Assembly: GCA_963727775.1 (NCBI GenBank)
Contig: CAVSHB010000001.1
Coordinates: forward strand, 480,001 to 544,000
Length of the DNA stretch: 64,000 bases
Reading direction: 5' to 3'
Source of the DNA: an uncultured Nitrospiraceae bacterium
GTDB taxonomy: Bacteria > Nitrospirota > Thermodesulfovibrionia > Thermodesulfovibrionales > SM23-35
Shown here one piece after another: positions 1 through 9,673 of this stretch; position 1 is the stretch's first letter; every line of letters begins with the position of its first letter. The notes beneath the pieces were generated by a model. The model had not been told where the DNA came from and did no database searches. It saw nothing but the letters and a program-made list of their open reading frames with translations. The position numbers were made by a program, and so were the translations under genes.

Positions 1-675
1 CCCAGATACATTCCCTACATTTTCAGCAATGATGAGCTTGCAGAGTTTTTCAAACAAGTGGATGCTTGCCATTACTGTGCCGAAGTTCCGAACAGACATT
101 GGATCATGCCGCTGCTGTTCCGTATGTTGTATGGCTGTGGGTTGCGTATTTCGGAGGCGCTGAATCTCAAAGTGCGGGATGTAGATTTGAACACTGGTGT
201 CCTCACGATTATGGATGGGAAATTCAACAAGGACAGGCTGGTTCCTATGTCCAAGGAATTACTTCATAGATGTCCTGCCTATATGAAGCAGGTCCATTTG
301 TTTTCTGATTCTAACGCTTATTTCTTTCCTTCTCCGAACGGAAAAACGATAACCAAAGGGAATGTCTATAAAAATTTCAGGAAATTCCTTTGGAAAGCCC
401 GGATTTCTCATGGTGGATGGGGAAAAGGGCCGCGGCTCCACGATTTGAGGCATAGCCATGCTGTTCATTGTCTGAGGCGCTGGGTGCTGGAAGGAAAGGA
501 TTTGACTGCCTACCTGCCTATTCTCAAAACGTATCTGGGCCATCATTCCTTTAGCGATACATCCCAGTACTTGAGGCTGACCGCTGAACTTTATCCGGAT
601 ATAACGGCAAAGGTGGACCATGCTTTTGGCCATGTCATACCTATTATGAGGAGTGAAGACTATGAAACCAACTGA
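1..675 (+). CDS. Tyrosine recombinase (RIT element, RitB-like), 5'-truncated by window edge
   Basis: Frame is open from base 1 (PRYIPYIFS...). Motifs LYGCGLRISEAL, HDLRH, YLGH and catalytic Y are present. Confidence 0.9.
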   Translation, partial: PRYIPYIFSNDELAEFFKQVDACHYCAEVPNRHWIMPLLFRMLYGCGLRISEALNLKVRDVDLNTGVLTIMDGKFNKDRLVPMSKELLHRCPAYMKQVHLFSDSNAYFFPSPNGKTITKGNVYKNFRKFLWKARISHGGWGKGPRLHDLRHSHAVHCLRRWVLEGKDLTAYLPILKTYLGHHSFSDTSQYLRLTAELYPDITAKVDHAFGHVIPIMRSEDYETN

Positions 676-1672
676 CTTTGCCAAGGCATTATCTCATTAC
701 CTATCCGTTTATCTGCCGGGCCAGCGCAATGTCAGCCCCAACACGATCAAATCTTATCGGGATACTTTCAAACTGTTTCTCATATACTGCAAACAGGGTT
801 GCGGCCTGTCCATTGAATATATCTGTCTACAACGCATCGATGAGCCACTCGTGGTTGGGTTCCTCTCATGGCTTGAACAAGACAGAAAAAGCAGTATCGC
901 TACGCGCAACCAACGATTGGCCTGTATTCATGGCTTTTGTAGGTATATGCAGGTCGAAGACCCTGTCGGTCTATTGTCATACCAGAAAATTCTCTCAATT
1001 CCGATGAAGAAAGCTCCAAAGCCAACGGTGCATTATCTCACACCTGATGCATTGAAACTCATTCTTGCCCAGCCCGATCTTTCCAAAGCCAGTGGCCGTC
1101 GTGACTTAACGATGCTTTCGGCACTGTATGATACAGGGGCCAGAGTTCAGGAGTTGATTGATCTAAAGGTTCGTGATGTCCGATTGGATCATCCACCAAT
1201 CCTGACCCTGACTGGCAAAGGCCGCAAAACCAGGCAGGTTCCAATTATGTCCAATATGGAATCCCTGCTGCGGCAGTACATGACCGAAACTTATCTGCTT
1301 CAAAACGGCATGCAGGACCGCCCGTTATTTGTAAATCGCCAGCGCGGCAAGCTGACTCCAATGGGCGTTACATTCATTCTGAACAAATACGTGTCTCGTG
1401 CAAGGGCAGTGTCTTCGATTATTCCGGATAATGTTACCCCCCATGTTTTCAGGCATACGAAGGCGATGAATTTGTTACAGGCAGGGATTAACCTGATTTA
1501 TATCCGGGATCTTTTAGGGCATGTCGATATTTCAACAACTGAAATTTATGCCCGTACAGATACTGAGCTGAAACGAAAAGCGTTAGAAAAAGCATATCCC
1601 GACATGGTTGTAACTGATTTGCCGCAGTGGAACCAAGATGAAGGGCTACTTGCCTGGCTAAGCCGTCTCTAA
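662..1672 (+). CDS. Tyrosine recombinase (RIT element, RitC-like)
   Basis: Motifs YDTGARVQEL, GKGRK, HVFRH and LLGH...TTEIY. Overlaps the upstream recombinase. Confidence 0.9.
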   Translation: MKPTDFAKALSHYLSVYLPGQRNVSPNTIKSYRDTFKLFLIYCKQGCGLSIEYICLQRIDEPLVVGFLSWLEQDRKSSIATRNQRLACIHGFCRYMQVEDPVGLLSYQKILSIPMKKAPKPTVHYLTPDALKLILAQPDLSKASGRRDLTMLSALYDTGARVQELIDLKVRDVRLDHPPILTLTGKGRKTRQVPIMSNMESLLRQYMTETYLLQNGMQDRPLFVNRQRGKLTPMGVTFILNKYVSRARAVSSIIPDNVTPHVFRHTKAMNLLQAGINLIYIRDLLGHVDISTTEIYARTDTELKRKALEKAYPDMVVTDLPQWNQDEGLLAWLSRL

Positions 1673-1681
1673 CACACGCAG

Positions 1682-1765
1682 TATTATCCAAAGTAAATGA
1701 AACACAAACCTAACTGTATCAAGCGCTTACAGCATTTACTTTGGATAATATATTACTTTTGATAA
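1682..1765. repeat. Terminal inverted repeats / recombinase binding sites of the RIT-like element
   Basis: Perfect 18-bp IR TATTATCCAAAGTAAATG (1682-1699) / CATTTACTTTGGATAATA (1733-1750), plus a third half-site TACTTTTGATAA (1754-1765). Confidence 0.75.
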
Positions 1766-2410
1766 GGCGGAATAGTCTCGCCCCTCCTCGCCAATATCTA
1801 CCTCAATGTGCTCGATACGTTATGGAAGATCGAGAAAGTGCAGGAGAGATTTGGTGCACGGCTTGTGAGGTACGCTGACGATAGTATAGCATTATGCAAA
1901 GGCAGTACCGAGCAAATATTGAAGGGAATGAAGGCGGTTCTCAGTAACCTGGGGTTAGCCCTGAATGAAGAGAAGACAAGGGTTGTGAATGCACAGCACG
2001 AGAGCTTCAATTTCATGGGTTTTACCATAGTAATGAGAAGGGGCAAGAGAACCGGACGTGAATTTCCTCTCATCATGCCGTCTAAGAAGGCGCTGAAGCA
2101 CATCCGGTCAGAAATCAAACAATTGACCACTGAGCGGTATAGTGCAACCCCTACTGAAGATGTAATCCAGCGAGTTAACGAAATCGTTAGAGGATGGGTG
2201 GGCTATTTTTATTACGGCAACTGCACCACAGCGATGTCATCTCTGAGGAACTATCTGGTACGGAGGATACGGATATACCTGCACCGTAAGCATCATTATA
2301 ACGGTTATGGGTATAAGCGGTTTCCGGATGAGTACTACTACCAGACCTTGGGTTTATACAAGATCCCGAGAACTGCCCCATGGACTCAGTCTGTGAAAGC
2401 ACCTGGATGA
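1766..2410 (+). pseudogene. Group II intron reverse transcriptase/maturase, 3' part
   Basis: Frame from 1766 reads GGIVSPLLANIYLN...RYADD...FMGF...RGWVGYF (maturase domain X). No endonuclease domain. Confidence 0.9.
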
Positions 2411-2421
2411 AGATAATCGGT

Positions 2422-2513
2422 AAGCCGTGTGCGGGAAAACTGCATGCACGGAATTGACGAGGGGGAACTGGAGATAGAACCACTCCGGCTACTACGCCAG
2501 TTCTCTACTCTAC
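2422..2513 (+). ncRNA. Group II intron domains V and VI (3' end of intron)
   Basis: DV is AAGCCGTGTGCGGGAAAACTGCATGCACGGAATT (AGC triad), followed by GAGGGG, a DVI stem GAACTGG...CCAGTTC and the terminal CTCTAC. Confidence 0.85.
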
Positions 2514-2592
2514 TGGCTTTGAGAAAAACGGTATGCGTCTTACGGGGCAAAAGAAACACAGTATTCCAGAGACTCCCGTGAGGCAATGATCC

Positions 2593-2896
2593 TTCCTGAA
2601 ACATGCCTCCCTTAAACCTGATATAATTGTGATGAGTATAACCGCAAATCATCGGACAATAAGGAGGTAGATATGCCCGCTTATGAATATATCTGTAAAG
2701 ACTGTAATCGTGAGGTCACTGTCTTCCTGTCTATTAAAGAATTTGAAGCTAAACCAAAAATCAAATGCCCTCATTGTCAAAGTGATAATGTGCAGAAAAA
2801 AATCTCGGAGTTTACTGTAAAAACAAGTAAAAAATCATAGTCTATGGAACTAATTTCTTCCTGAAACCCGCAACATTGAAACCTGATATAATTGTG
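2593..2896 (+). promoter_or_regulatory. Two copies of a promoter-like motif TTCCTGAAAC-N11-AAACCTGATATAATTGTG
   Basis: Copies at 2593-2631 and 2858-2896. Each has an extended -10 (TGnTATAAT) and lies just upstream of an RBS and gene. Confidence 0.6.
2673..2840 (+). CDS. FmdB-family zinc ribbon protein (55 aa, below the ORF-track cutoff)
   Basis: MPAYEYICKDC...KCPHCQSDNVQKKIS, with RBS AAGGAGG. Confidence 0.85.
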   Translation: MPAYEYICKDCNREVTVFLSIKEFEAKPKIKCPHCQSDNVQKKISEFTVKTSKKS

Positions 2897-2975
2897 CGTA
2901 GTGCAGGAGATAATAAATAATGATTAGACATGGAATCATATGCCTCATTGCAGTATTTCTTATTGGCTGTGCTAG

Positions 2976-4678
2976 GAGTCTGTCGGACTTTCAACATTTC
3001 TGAAAAGTTTACTTCTTGAAGGACACGGCAGTCTCTTAAGAACCTTTATTGCAAACTGGGCAGCAGAAATCTTTTCGGCCTGTAATTATCTAAGTCCGAC
3101 AGACCTGCATGGGCGTTCCTTATGGCATAATAGACAAGCGGCATAAGAATGAACAACAGGAGATCAGCATAATGTTCAAACAATGTGACAGAGAGACGAT
3201 ATATTTATTTCCGCCGTCGGTGCAGGAATGGTTGCCCGAGGGTCACTTGGCGAGATTTGTCGTAGAGATAGTGGATCAGCTTAATCTTGACCGGTTGAAA
3301 AATGATTATGCAGGACGAGGCAGTGAGGCATACAGCCCTGAGATGCTGGTGGCATTATTATTTTACGGATATGCGACGGGAGTCTTTTCGAGCAGGCAAT
3401 TAGAGCGTAGCACGTACGACTCTGTAGCATTCCGGTATGTGGCAGCCAACAGTCACCCTGACCATGACACAATAGCAACCTTTCGACGTCGGTTTTTGCC
3501 TAAGCTGAAAGAACTGTTTGTGCAGATACTAATGATAGCAGCAGAAACCGGGGTATTGAAGTTAGGCACGGTCAGCTTGGATGGGACCAAAATGAAAGCC
3601 AATGCCTCAAAGCACAAGGCGTTGAGCTACGGGCATGCATGCAAAATAGAGAATAAGTTGAAAGTGGAAGTGGCGGAACTGATGAAGAAAGCTGAGGCTG
3701 CTGACAAAGCTGACATTCCTGACGGCATGAACATCCCGGAAGAGCTGGAGCGGCGAGAGAAGCGGCTGAAAATGATAGCTGAAGCAAAAGCTGAGATAGA
3801 GCGCCGTGCGGCAGAGCGGCATGCAATGGAACAAGCCGACAGTGAAAAGAAACAGGCAGAGCGTGTAGCCAAACAAAAGCAGAGCGGCAAGAAACCCCGA
3901 GGCAAAGGACCCAAGCCGCCTGCAGCCGGGCCAACTGACAAAGATCAGGTCAATCTGACCGATGAAGAATCTCGCATAATGCCGGCATCGGGTGGAGGAT
4001 TCAAGCAGGCTTATAATGCTCAAGCAGCCGTGGATACAGAAACAATGCTTATTGTCGCAACGCATGTAACACAACAATCCAATGACAAACAGCAGATGAA
4101 ACCAGCGCTTGAAGCGCTTACATATCTGCCCGAACAACTTGGCAAAGTAAAAACTATAATAGCCGACAGCGGGTATTACAGCGAAGCAAATGTGCAAGAA
4201 TGTGAGAGCAAAGGAATAGAGCCATATATAGCAGTAGATCGGCAGAGTCATAATCAGCCTTTATGGGAGCGATTCGTCGAACCGCCTCCATTGCCGGTTG
4301 ATGCTGATGCAGTGACAAGAATGAAACATCGGTTGAAGACAGTTGCCGGTAAGGCAATTTATGCGATACGCAAGAGTACTGTGGAGCCGGCGTTTGGGGT
4401 AATCAAGGCAGCTATGGGATTTGACCGATTCCTGTTGCGTGGTTTTACTGCAGTCAATGGCGAGTGGGATATGATCTGCATTGCATGGAACATCAAAAGG
4501 CTGCATGCATTGAGGAACAGCCAGGTAGGCGCCTGAAAATGGCGATGGCATAATGTATCCAACAAAACACCGGCAGGAAAGAACCGATGACAGACGATCA
4601 AATCATGAAAAATAACTACAATCGACTCTCTCGGATTCCAACCGCTGTCAAAAACAGCAATTCAAGTCCGACAGACTC
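2976..4678 (+). mobile_element. IS1182-family insertion sequence
   Basis: IRs GAGTCTGTCGGACTT / AAGTCCGACAGACTC, flanked by CTAG (2972-2975 and 4679-4682). Confidence 0.9.
3172..4536 (+). CDS. IS1182-family transposase
   Basis: DUF772-like N-terminus (WLPEGHLARF, SSRQLE, PDHDTIATFR), DGTK, ADSGY and VEPAFGVIK. Confidence 0.92.
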   Translation: MFKQCDRETIYLFPPSVQEWLPEGHLARFVVEIVDQLNLDRLKNDYAGRGSEAYSPEMLVALLFYGYATGVFSSRQLERSTYDSVAFRYVAANSHPDHDTIATFRRRFLPKLKELFVQILMIAAETGVLKLGTVSLDGTKMKANASKHKALSYGHACKIENKLKVEVAELMKKAEAADKADIPDGMNIPEELERREKRLKMIAEAKAEIERRAAERHAMEQADSEKKQAERVAKQKQSGKKPRGKGPKPPAAGPTDKDQVNLTDEESRIMPASGGGFKQAYNAQAAVDTETMLIVATHVTQQSNDKQQMKPALEALTYLPEQLGKVKTIIADSGYYSEANVQECESKGIEPYIAVDRQSHNQPLWERFVEPPPLPVDADAVTRMKHRLKTVAGKAIYAIRKSTVEPAFGVIKAAMGFDRFLLRGFTAVNGEWDMICIAWNIKRLHALRNSQVGA

Positions 4679-4682
4679 CTAG

Positions 4683-4817
4683 GAGCCTGTCGGACTTTCA
4701 ATATTTTTTGAAAAGTCGACCTCCTGAGAAGCCCTTCGCTTAAAAAACTTTTTTAGGGCAAACTGGACACCCAAAATCATTCATTTTTGCCGAAAACACG
4801 CTAAGTCCGACAGACTC
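4683..4817. mobile_element. 135-bp MITE with IS1182 ends
   Basis: GAGCCTGTCGGACTT...AAGTCCGACAGACTC, flanked by CTAG on both sides, with no ORF. Confidence 0.85.
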
Positions 4818-5561
4818 CTAGTATCGCAGAACGTCAAAACTATATAGTTTCAGAATATCTTTCGACCAATGCGGATATCGATTCGACTTTTCGGGAAGCT
4901 ATGAAGTCCGGCAAAGTTATTAGAGGAATGACTGCGGAAGAGGTATTTATTGCGAGCGGCGCAAAAGCAAGGAGATATGAAAATTACTCCTCGATTTGGG
5001 TTGTTCGCGAAGACGGCACGCTACACCTTCCACCGTTTTTCCTTAGACCCGGAACTCCGACCGCCTTAATTTTTAAGAACACTACGCAATATGATACGGC
5101 AGTACCTCAGCTTTTCGTAGTATACATGGATGCGGATGACAAGGTATTAAGAGTAGAGCGGGGGACTGCCAATTTGACACATATTAAGTGAATAGAGCCA
5201 TAGTTTCAAGCTCAGACAATAGACCTTTGTCCGTATGCCACATTGCTTCCTGTTATCCACATCTTTGATCCTGCTGTCAGAACTGTGTATTTCTTGTGTA
5301 AATCAACTTTTGTCAATGATCAGAAATCTATTAGCGCACTTATTTCCAAAAAGGAAACAATAGGATTTGCTATACTTAAATGTAGGGCGAATTTTAAATC
5401 CCTATATCAAATATAGGGCGCGTTAATAAGTTCTAATTCTTATAGCAGTCTGTGGTTTAGGACTGAGTAATTTGTTATTGAAGTGAAAGAGCTACGTCCA
5501 TGAGAGTGACAATATAAGGAAGGTATAGTACTCGTTAAAACAACTGTCAAAGGAGTGTAAC

Positions 5562-5842
5562 ATGAAACGTTTAGTAATATTATCAATTATGGTTTTAAGC
5601 ATTGTGTTTTCAACTACCGGGAAAAGTATCTTTGCTGATCAGCCGACAGAAAATACAAATGACACATCTTCGCTATCCGGTAAGGTAGTTGAAACAATGG
5701 ACAGTAGCGGATACACTTATGTGTGTCTTGAGAAGAGCGACAAAAAAATATGGTTAGCGGTCCCCAAAATGAAAGTAGTTGTAGGGCAGAATATGTCTTT
5801 CAAACCCGGTATTGAGATGGTAAATTTTGAGAGTACGACCCT
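5562..5842 (+). pseudogene. Exported OB-fold (NrfJ-like) protein, 3'-truncated by IS
   Basis: Signal peptide and GKVVETMDSSGYTYV...WLAVP...FES motif. The reading runs into the IS end at 5843. Confidence 0.65.
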
Positions 5843-5857
5843 TGTGCACGCCAAGAG

Positions 5858-6901
5858 TTAATGATACCGAAATGAGAAAAAATTGGGTAACACTTTTCCA
5901 TTAATCGTAATCGTAATAAAGCCTTTCATGTTCAGCCATGCCTCCACGGCGATGCGCCAAGCCGCCTGGGGCTGAACCCCTTCACTGCAAAGTATATCAC
6001 TCTGCAAGGTCGTTATCCAAACATAGGCATCCCTCCTTTCCCATTTGGAAAAAGCTCTTTTTCCGATGAAGTACACCCTGCAGGCGTTGTTACCGTTCAA
6101 GCACGGACGAGGTTGGTGATTAAGATCATGCTCAACCGTCGAGGCGTATGCCTCTATGTGTTCTCGTGGGCAAAAGGGCCTGTACGAGAGCTTAGCGGCA
6201 AGCCCATTTTTCAGCTCGGTTTGCGCCTCTTCGATCGCACCGTTATAAGGCGGATAATGGACCGGGCTATTCACCGGTAGGACAAAATAATCGGCAAGCA
6301 CGTCATTGACAGCTGCATGATTGAGGTTACCTCCATTGTCCCGTTTTAGGAACAGGGGTGCTCCAAACCGATTGAAGGTTGCCGCAAGATAGCCGGATAT
6401 CTCTTCGCCGCAGGGAACTTCTCCCGTCATGGGATTAAACTTATAGCGTGACGCGAGATCTTGCATCTGGTTCAGGTATACCTTTGCACCAGTTGCGTCA
6501 CGCTGTTCGTATTCGCAGGGGTCCATGGACCAGGCGACGTTCGGCACGTTCCAGCGGATGCGCCGCAGATTCTGACGATGGTAGGTATTGAGATCGTGCC
6601 GCGCCATTGCTACCATTGTATGCAGCTTCCGCCTTGATACGGTGGATCCGTAGCGAACATATAACGCCCCGGTTCCCTGCGTGCGATTGTGCCCGTGAGA
6701 TAACTGTGCTATATCCTGCTCAATCTTGCCAAAATCCGGTGGCTTGACCTTGGGAGGACCAGGTTGCCGCACCAAGGGCGTATCTTTTTTGCGCCGTATG
6801 CGCCACCGCATAAAACTCGGGTAGGGCAGTCTTACGGCATAGCAGATCGCTCTGTAGGGCATCCCGGTCCTCTCCCTGATCTGGTCAATCATGGCAAGCA
6901 T
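5858..6901 (-). CDS. DDE integrase/transposase (rve-like)
   Basis: WSMD...DLASRY...KRDNGGN...YNGAIE...LNHQPRPCL. Confidence 0.8.
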   Translation of the reverse strand: MLAMIDQIRERTGMPYRAICYAVRLPYPSFMRWRIRRKKDTPLVRQPGPPKVKPPDFGKIEQDIAQLSHGHNRTQGTGALYVRYGSTVSRRKLHTMVAMARHDLNTYHRQNLRRIRWNVPNVAWSMDPCEYEQRDATGAKVYLNQMQDLASRYKFNPMTGEVPCGEEISGYLAATFNRFGAPLFLKRDNGGNLNHAAVNDVLADYFVLPVNSPVHYPPYNGAIEEAQTELKNGLAAKLSYRPFCPREHIEAYASTVEHDLNHQPRPCLNGNNACRVYFIGKRAFSKWERRDAYVWITTLQSDILCSEGVQPQAAWRIAVEAWLNMKGFITITINGKVLPNFFSFRYH

Positions 6902-6906
6902 ACGAG

Positions 6907-7293
6907 TTATCGTTTCTTCCTTTGCTTTCGTTTTTTTTCCTCCCGATTTGTCGGGACGCTTTTCTTATCACCGGCATTCTGCAACTCATACGCATGCAAC
7001 ATATCCCGCACTTCTACCGTCTTTTCAGCGACAAACAACTTCTTCCGGAGTTCGGTAACCTCCTCCTGTAAACGCTGCTTCTCCTCGTCCTGCGGCATGT
7101 TCGGTCTGCCGGCAGATTTGTTTTCCATGGCTTCTGTCATCGCCTGTAATGCCCGGCTTTCCCATTCGTAGTAGGTCTTGCGGGACACGCCCAGTCGGCG
7201 CGCACCCTCCTCGGCTGTTATCTGGCCGCTGCGCACGGCAAACACCACCGCTGCTCTTTGGCGGGCACGCTCCTTATCCTTTGAGTCGCTCAT
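6907..7293 (-). CDS. HTH domain protein of the IS
   Basis: ARRLGVSRKTYYEWE HTH followed by a coiled coil. Confidence 0.8.
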   Translation of the reverse strand: MSDSKDKERARQRAAVVFAVRSGQITAEEGARRLGVSRKTYYEWESRALQAMTEAMENKSAGRPNMPQDEEKQRLQEEVTELRKKLFVAEKTVEVRDMLHAYELQNAGDKKSVPTNREEKKRKQRKKR

Positions 7294-7437
7294 AGCACAC
7301 TCCCTTTAACAACTAAAAATCTTCGGATTGAGAGAAAATCGCCTTCCTCAGAAGCCCTACAATCGATTTTCTCAACTCGGTCCATATTTAACCATCACCC
7401 GTTTTCTGCCTTGCCCCATTATTAGGATGTCTCTACG

Positions 7438-7866
7438 CTACGGTTTCTCAGTTTTCCGCAAGGCTTCGCCGGAGGGTTTTATCTCCTTCGACTGAGGCGT
7501 CTCCGCTTTCCTTGCTTCCTGTGCCTTTGATAGCGTCCTTTCCAGTCTGCCCTGCACTGTGCTCGTCAAGAGCGTCAGACGCTTCTTCTCCAGCAACGCC
7601 TGCAAGCGGGGAGAAAGCGCTGGCCCCCTGTCCAGGCTCACCCTCGGCTCCAGCGCCTGGAGCATCCCCTCCATCGCCCGCCTCTGCCAGTGCGCAAGCG
7701 CCATCCAGGGGATCGACAGCTCCCGGCATATCTCCGCCGGTCTGCGCCTCTCCGTCCATACAGACAGTACCGCCTTGCACTTTTCCATTGCCCCGTAGTT
7801 CATCGGCTGCCGCTTCTTCTCGCTCTTTATCTTCTCCGTCTTCTCCATTGTCATGTCCTTTCTCAT
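7438..7866 (-). CDS. HTH-like accessory protein of the IS, overlapping the transposase tail
   Basis: KCKAVLSVWTERRRPAEICRELSIPW...HWQRRAMEGMLQALEP; similar in style to 6907-7293. Confidence 0.6.
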   Translation of the reverse strand: MRKDMTMEKTEKIKSEKKRQPMNYGAMEKCKAVLSVWTERRRPAEICRELSIPWMALAHWQRRAMEGMLQALEPRVSLDRGPALSPRLQALLEKKRLTLLTSTVQGRLERTLSKAQEARKAETPQSKEIKPSGEALRKTEKP

Positions 7867-9010
7867 TTAGATTGTAAACTACTTCCTGCGTAATGTCGTC
7901 GTTTTCGGCGTCAACCGACAACCTCAGCCTGCCCTTTTCCGCACGCAGCACCACCGACTGCCCCTCCATCCGGCCCACCATGTAAAACGGCAGGCGCGGC
8001 TTGCCCCTTAGCGCCATCTCAAGGAGGTTGTCCTGGATGCCCTGCTCGATGGTCTTTCTAAGCTCGCTCTGGATCTCAAAATACCGGTCTGCGGGACACA
8101 AGCCGCCGATACCCTGATGCGGCCTTTTATGGTTGTAATACTTCACCCACTGACGTATCCGCTCAACCGCATCTTCAAAGCTACCGAACTGGGCTCGGCT
8201 TAGGAACTCCAGAAAAATCGTCTTCCAGAATCGCTCTATCTTCCCTAATGTCATCGGGTGGTGAGGCTGCGATTTGATGTGGTGGATTTTGTCTTTCTTT
8301 AACTCCAGTTCGAAGCGGCTGTTGCCGCGCCAGCTCGTATACTGCCGCCCATTATCCGTAAGCATCTCTTTGGGCGGGTTGTACTCGGAGGCCGCCCGAC
8401 GGTATACCTCTATAACATTCTGCGCCGTTTGGCTGCGGAAAAGCTCAAGCCCCGTTATGTAGCGGGAATAATCGTCTATATAGCCGATCAGAAACGCATA
8501 GCGGCCCCCAAGTCGAAACGTAAAGATATCCGTCTGCCAAAGCTGGTTCGGTGTTGATCGCTCGAAAAACCGGGGACGGGTAATATTACGCTGCCGCTTC
8601 TTGGGTGGGGCCGTCATGAGGGATGATTCATGCAGTGTCTTACGGACCGTCTCAGGGCTGGCGGAAAGGAAAAACACTCTCTTTAATAGTTGCGAAATGC
8701 GCTTGATACCGAAAAGCGGGTTGCCTTCTTTGATTTCGACGATCTTCTCTTTCACTGGAGTGGGAAGGCTGCGTCCCTTACCGGTGTACCTCATCGATAG
8801 TCCGGCTTCGCCCTCACGACGATAGGCACGTACCCAGCGTCTTACCGAATTACTGCTCACTCCGCATTCCTGCCGGATCACCGGAACGGGAACGCTCTCC
8901 TCAACGTACTTCTTGACTATTTGAAGCTTGAAATCGGGCCCGTAACGATTGCTTCGCTTCGGAAACTTCCTCTTTGTACTGCTCTTTTGTACACCCTCTG
9001 CTGGTTCCAT
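7448..9010 (-). CDS. IS481-family transposase
   Basis: N-terminal HTH, then WQTD, IDDYSRY, TDNG, GKIERF and YNHKRPHQG. Confidence 0.9.
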   Translation of the reverse strand: MEPAEGVQKSSTKRKFPKRSNRYGPDFKLQIVKKYVEESVPVPVIRQECGVSSNSVRRWVRAYRREGEAGLSMRYTGKGRSLPTPVKEKIVEIKEGNPLFGIKRISQLLKRVFFLSASPETVRKTLHESSLMTAPPKKRQRNITRPRFFERSTPNQLWQTDIFTFRLGGRYAFLIGYIDDYSRYITGLELFRSQTAQNVIEVYRRAASEYNPPKEMLTDNGRQYTSWRGNSRFELELKKDKIHHIKSQPHHPMTLGKIERFWKTIFLEFLSRAQFGSFEDAVERIRQWVKYYNHKRPHQGIGGLCPADRYFEIQSELRKTIEQGIQDNLLEMALRGKPRLPFYMVGRMEGQSVVLRAEKGRLRLSVDAENDDITQEVVYNLNEKGHDNGEDGEDKEREEAAADELRGNGKVQGGTVCMDGEAQTGGDMPGAVDPLDGACALAEAGDGGDAPGAGAEGEPGQGASAFSPLAGVAGEEASDALDEHSAGQTGKDAIKGTGSKESGDASVEGDKTLRRSLAEN

Positions 9011-9097
9011 CTATGACACTCCTTTCGTTAACCTAAACTTGGAGTGTCACCCTATTTCCTCAAATCTTTGGTATCATTATCTGGTCGTTAGCACAGG

Positions 9098-9673
9098 ATT
9101 TCGGAATTAGAAAAATCAGAGGCAGAGCGCAAAGGGGCAGAGAAAGCGCTACGCAAATCAGAAGAGCAATATCGGGCTGTCTTTGAAAATACCGGAACTG
9201 CAATAATAATTTTCGAAGAAGATTTTACTATTTCCAGGGTAAATAGAGAAGCTGAAAAACTATCTGGTTATTCCAAGGAAGAAATGGAACGCAAGAAGAA
9301 ATGGACAGACTTCATTGCTGAAGATGACCTTGAGCGGGTGAAAGAATATCACCATCTTAGAAATATAGAACCTCATATAACTCCGAAGAATTATGAGTTT
9401 CATCTCGTCGATAAACGTGGAAATATCAAGGATATCCTTTTAATGATTGATATAATTCCTGGTGTGAATAAAAGGGTAGCCTCCCTTATAGATATAACAG
9501 AATACAAGCATGCAGTGGAGGCTTTGCGTAAAAGGAAAGAAGAACTCAAGGAGAAGGTGAAAAAGCTTGAGATGTCTTATGAGATGGCGGTTCTTAAGGA
9601 ACGTCGCATGAAAAAGTTAGAAGAAGAAAATGAGAAATTAAAAGAAGAATTGGGAAGATATAAAAATCAATAA
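9098..9673 (+). pseudogene. PAS-domain protein, 5'-truncated by IS
   Basis: Frame is open from the IS end: ISELEK...ALRKSEEQYRAVFENTGTAI...VNREAEKLSGYSKEE...DITE. Confidence 0.75.

Larger units (their letters stand above)
2920..5191 (+). pseudogene. Small lipoprotein gene split by IS1182 and MITE
   Basis: MIRHGIICLIAVFLIGCA (2920-2973, lipobox LIGC) rejoins in frame, after the CTAG target, to SIAERQNY...MKSGKVIRGM (4820-5191). Confidence 0.8.
5843..9095 (-). mobile_element. IS481-like element with four ORFs
   Basis: TGT...ACA ends. Imperfect IRs TGTGCACGCCAAGAGTTAATGATACC versus (reverse complement) TGTGCTAACGACCAGATAATGATACC. Confidence 0.8.

Noticed and set aside
1808..2410. RT as a retron, DGR or defence RT
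   Set aside because: Maturase domain X and DV/DVI RNA structure identify it as a group II intron.
2972..4821. Link between the CTAG IS target or CTAG rarity and the MjaI-like R-M system
   Set aside because: CTAG is scarce in many bacteria, and the specificity of this enzyme cannot be read from the sequence.
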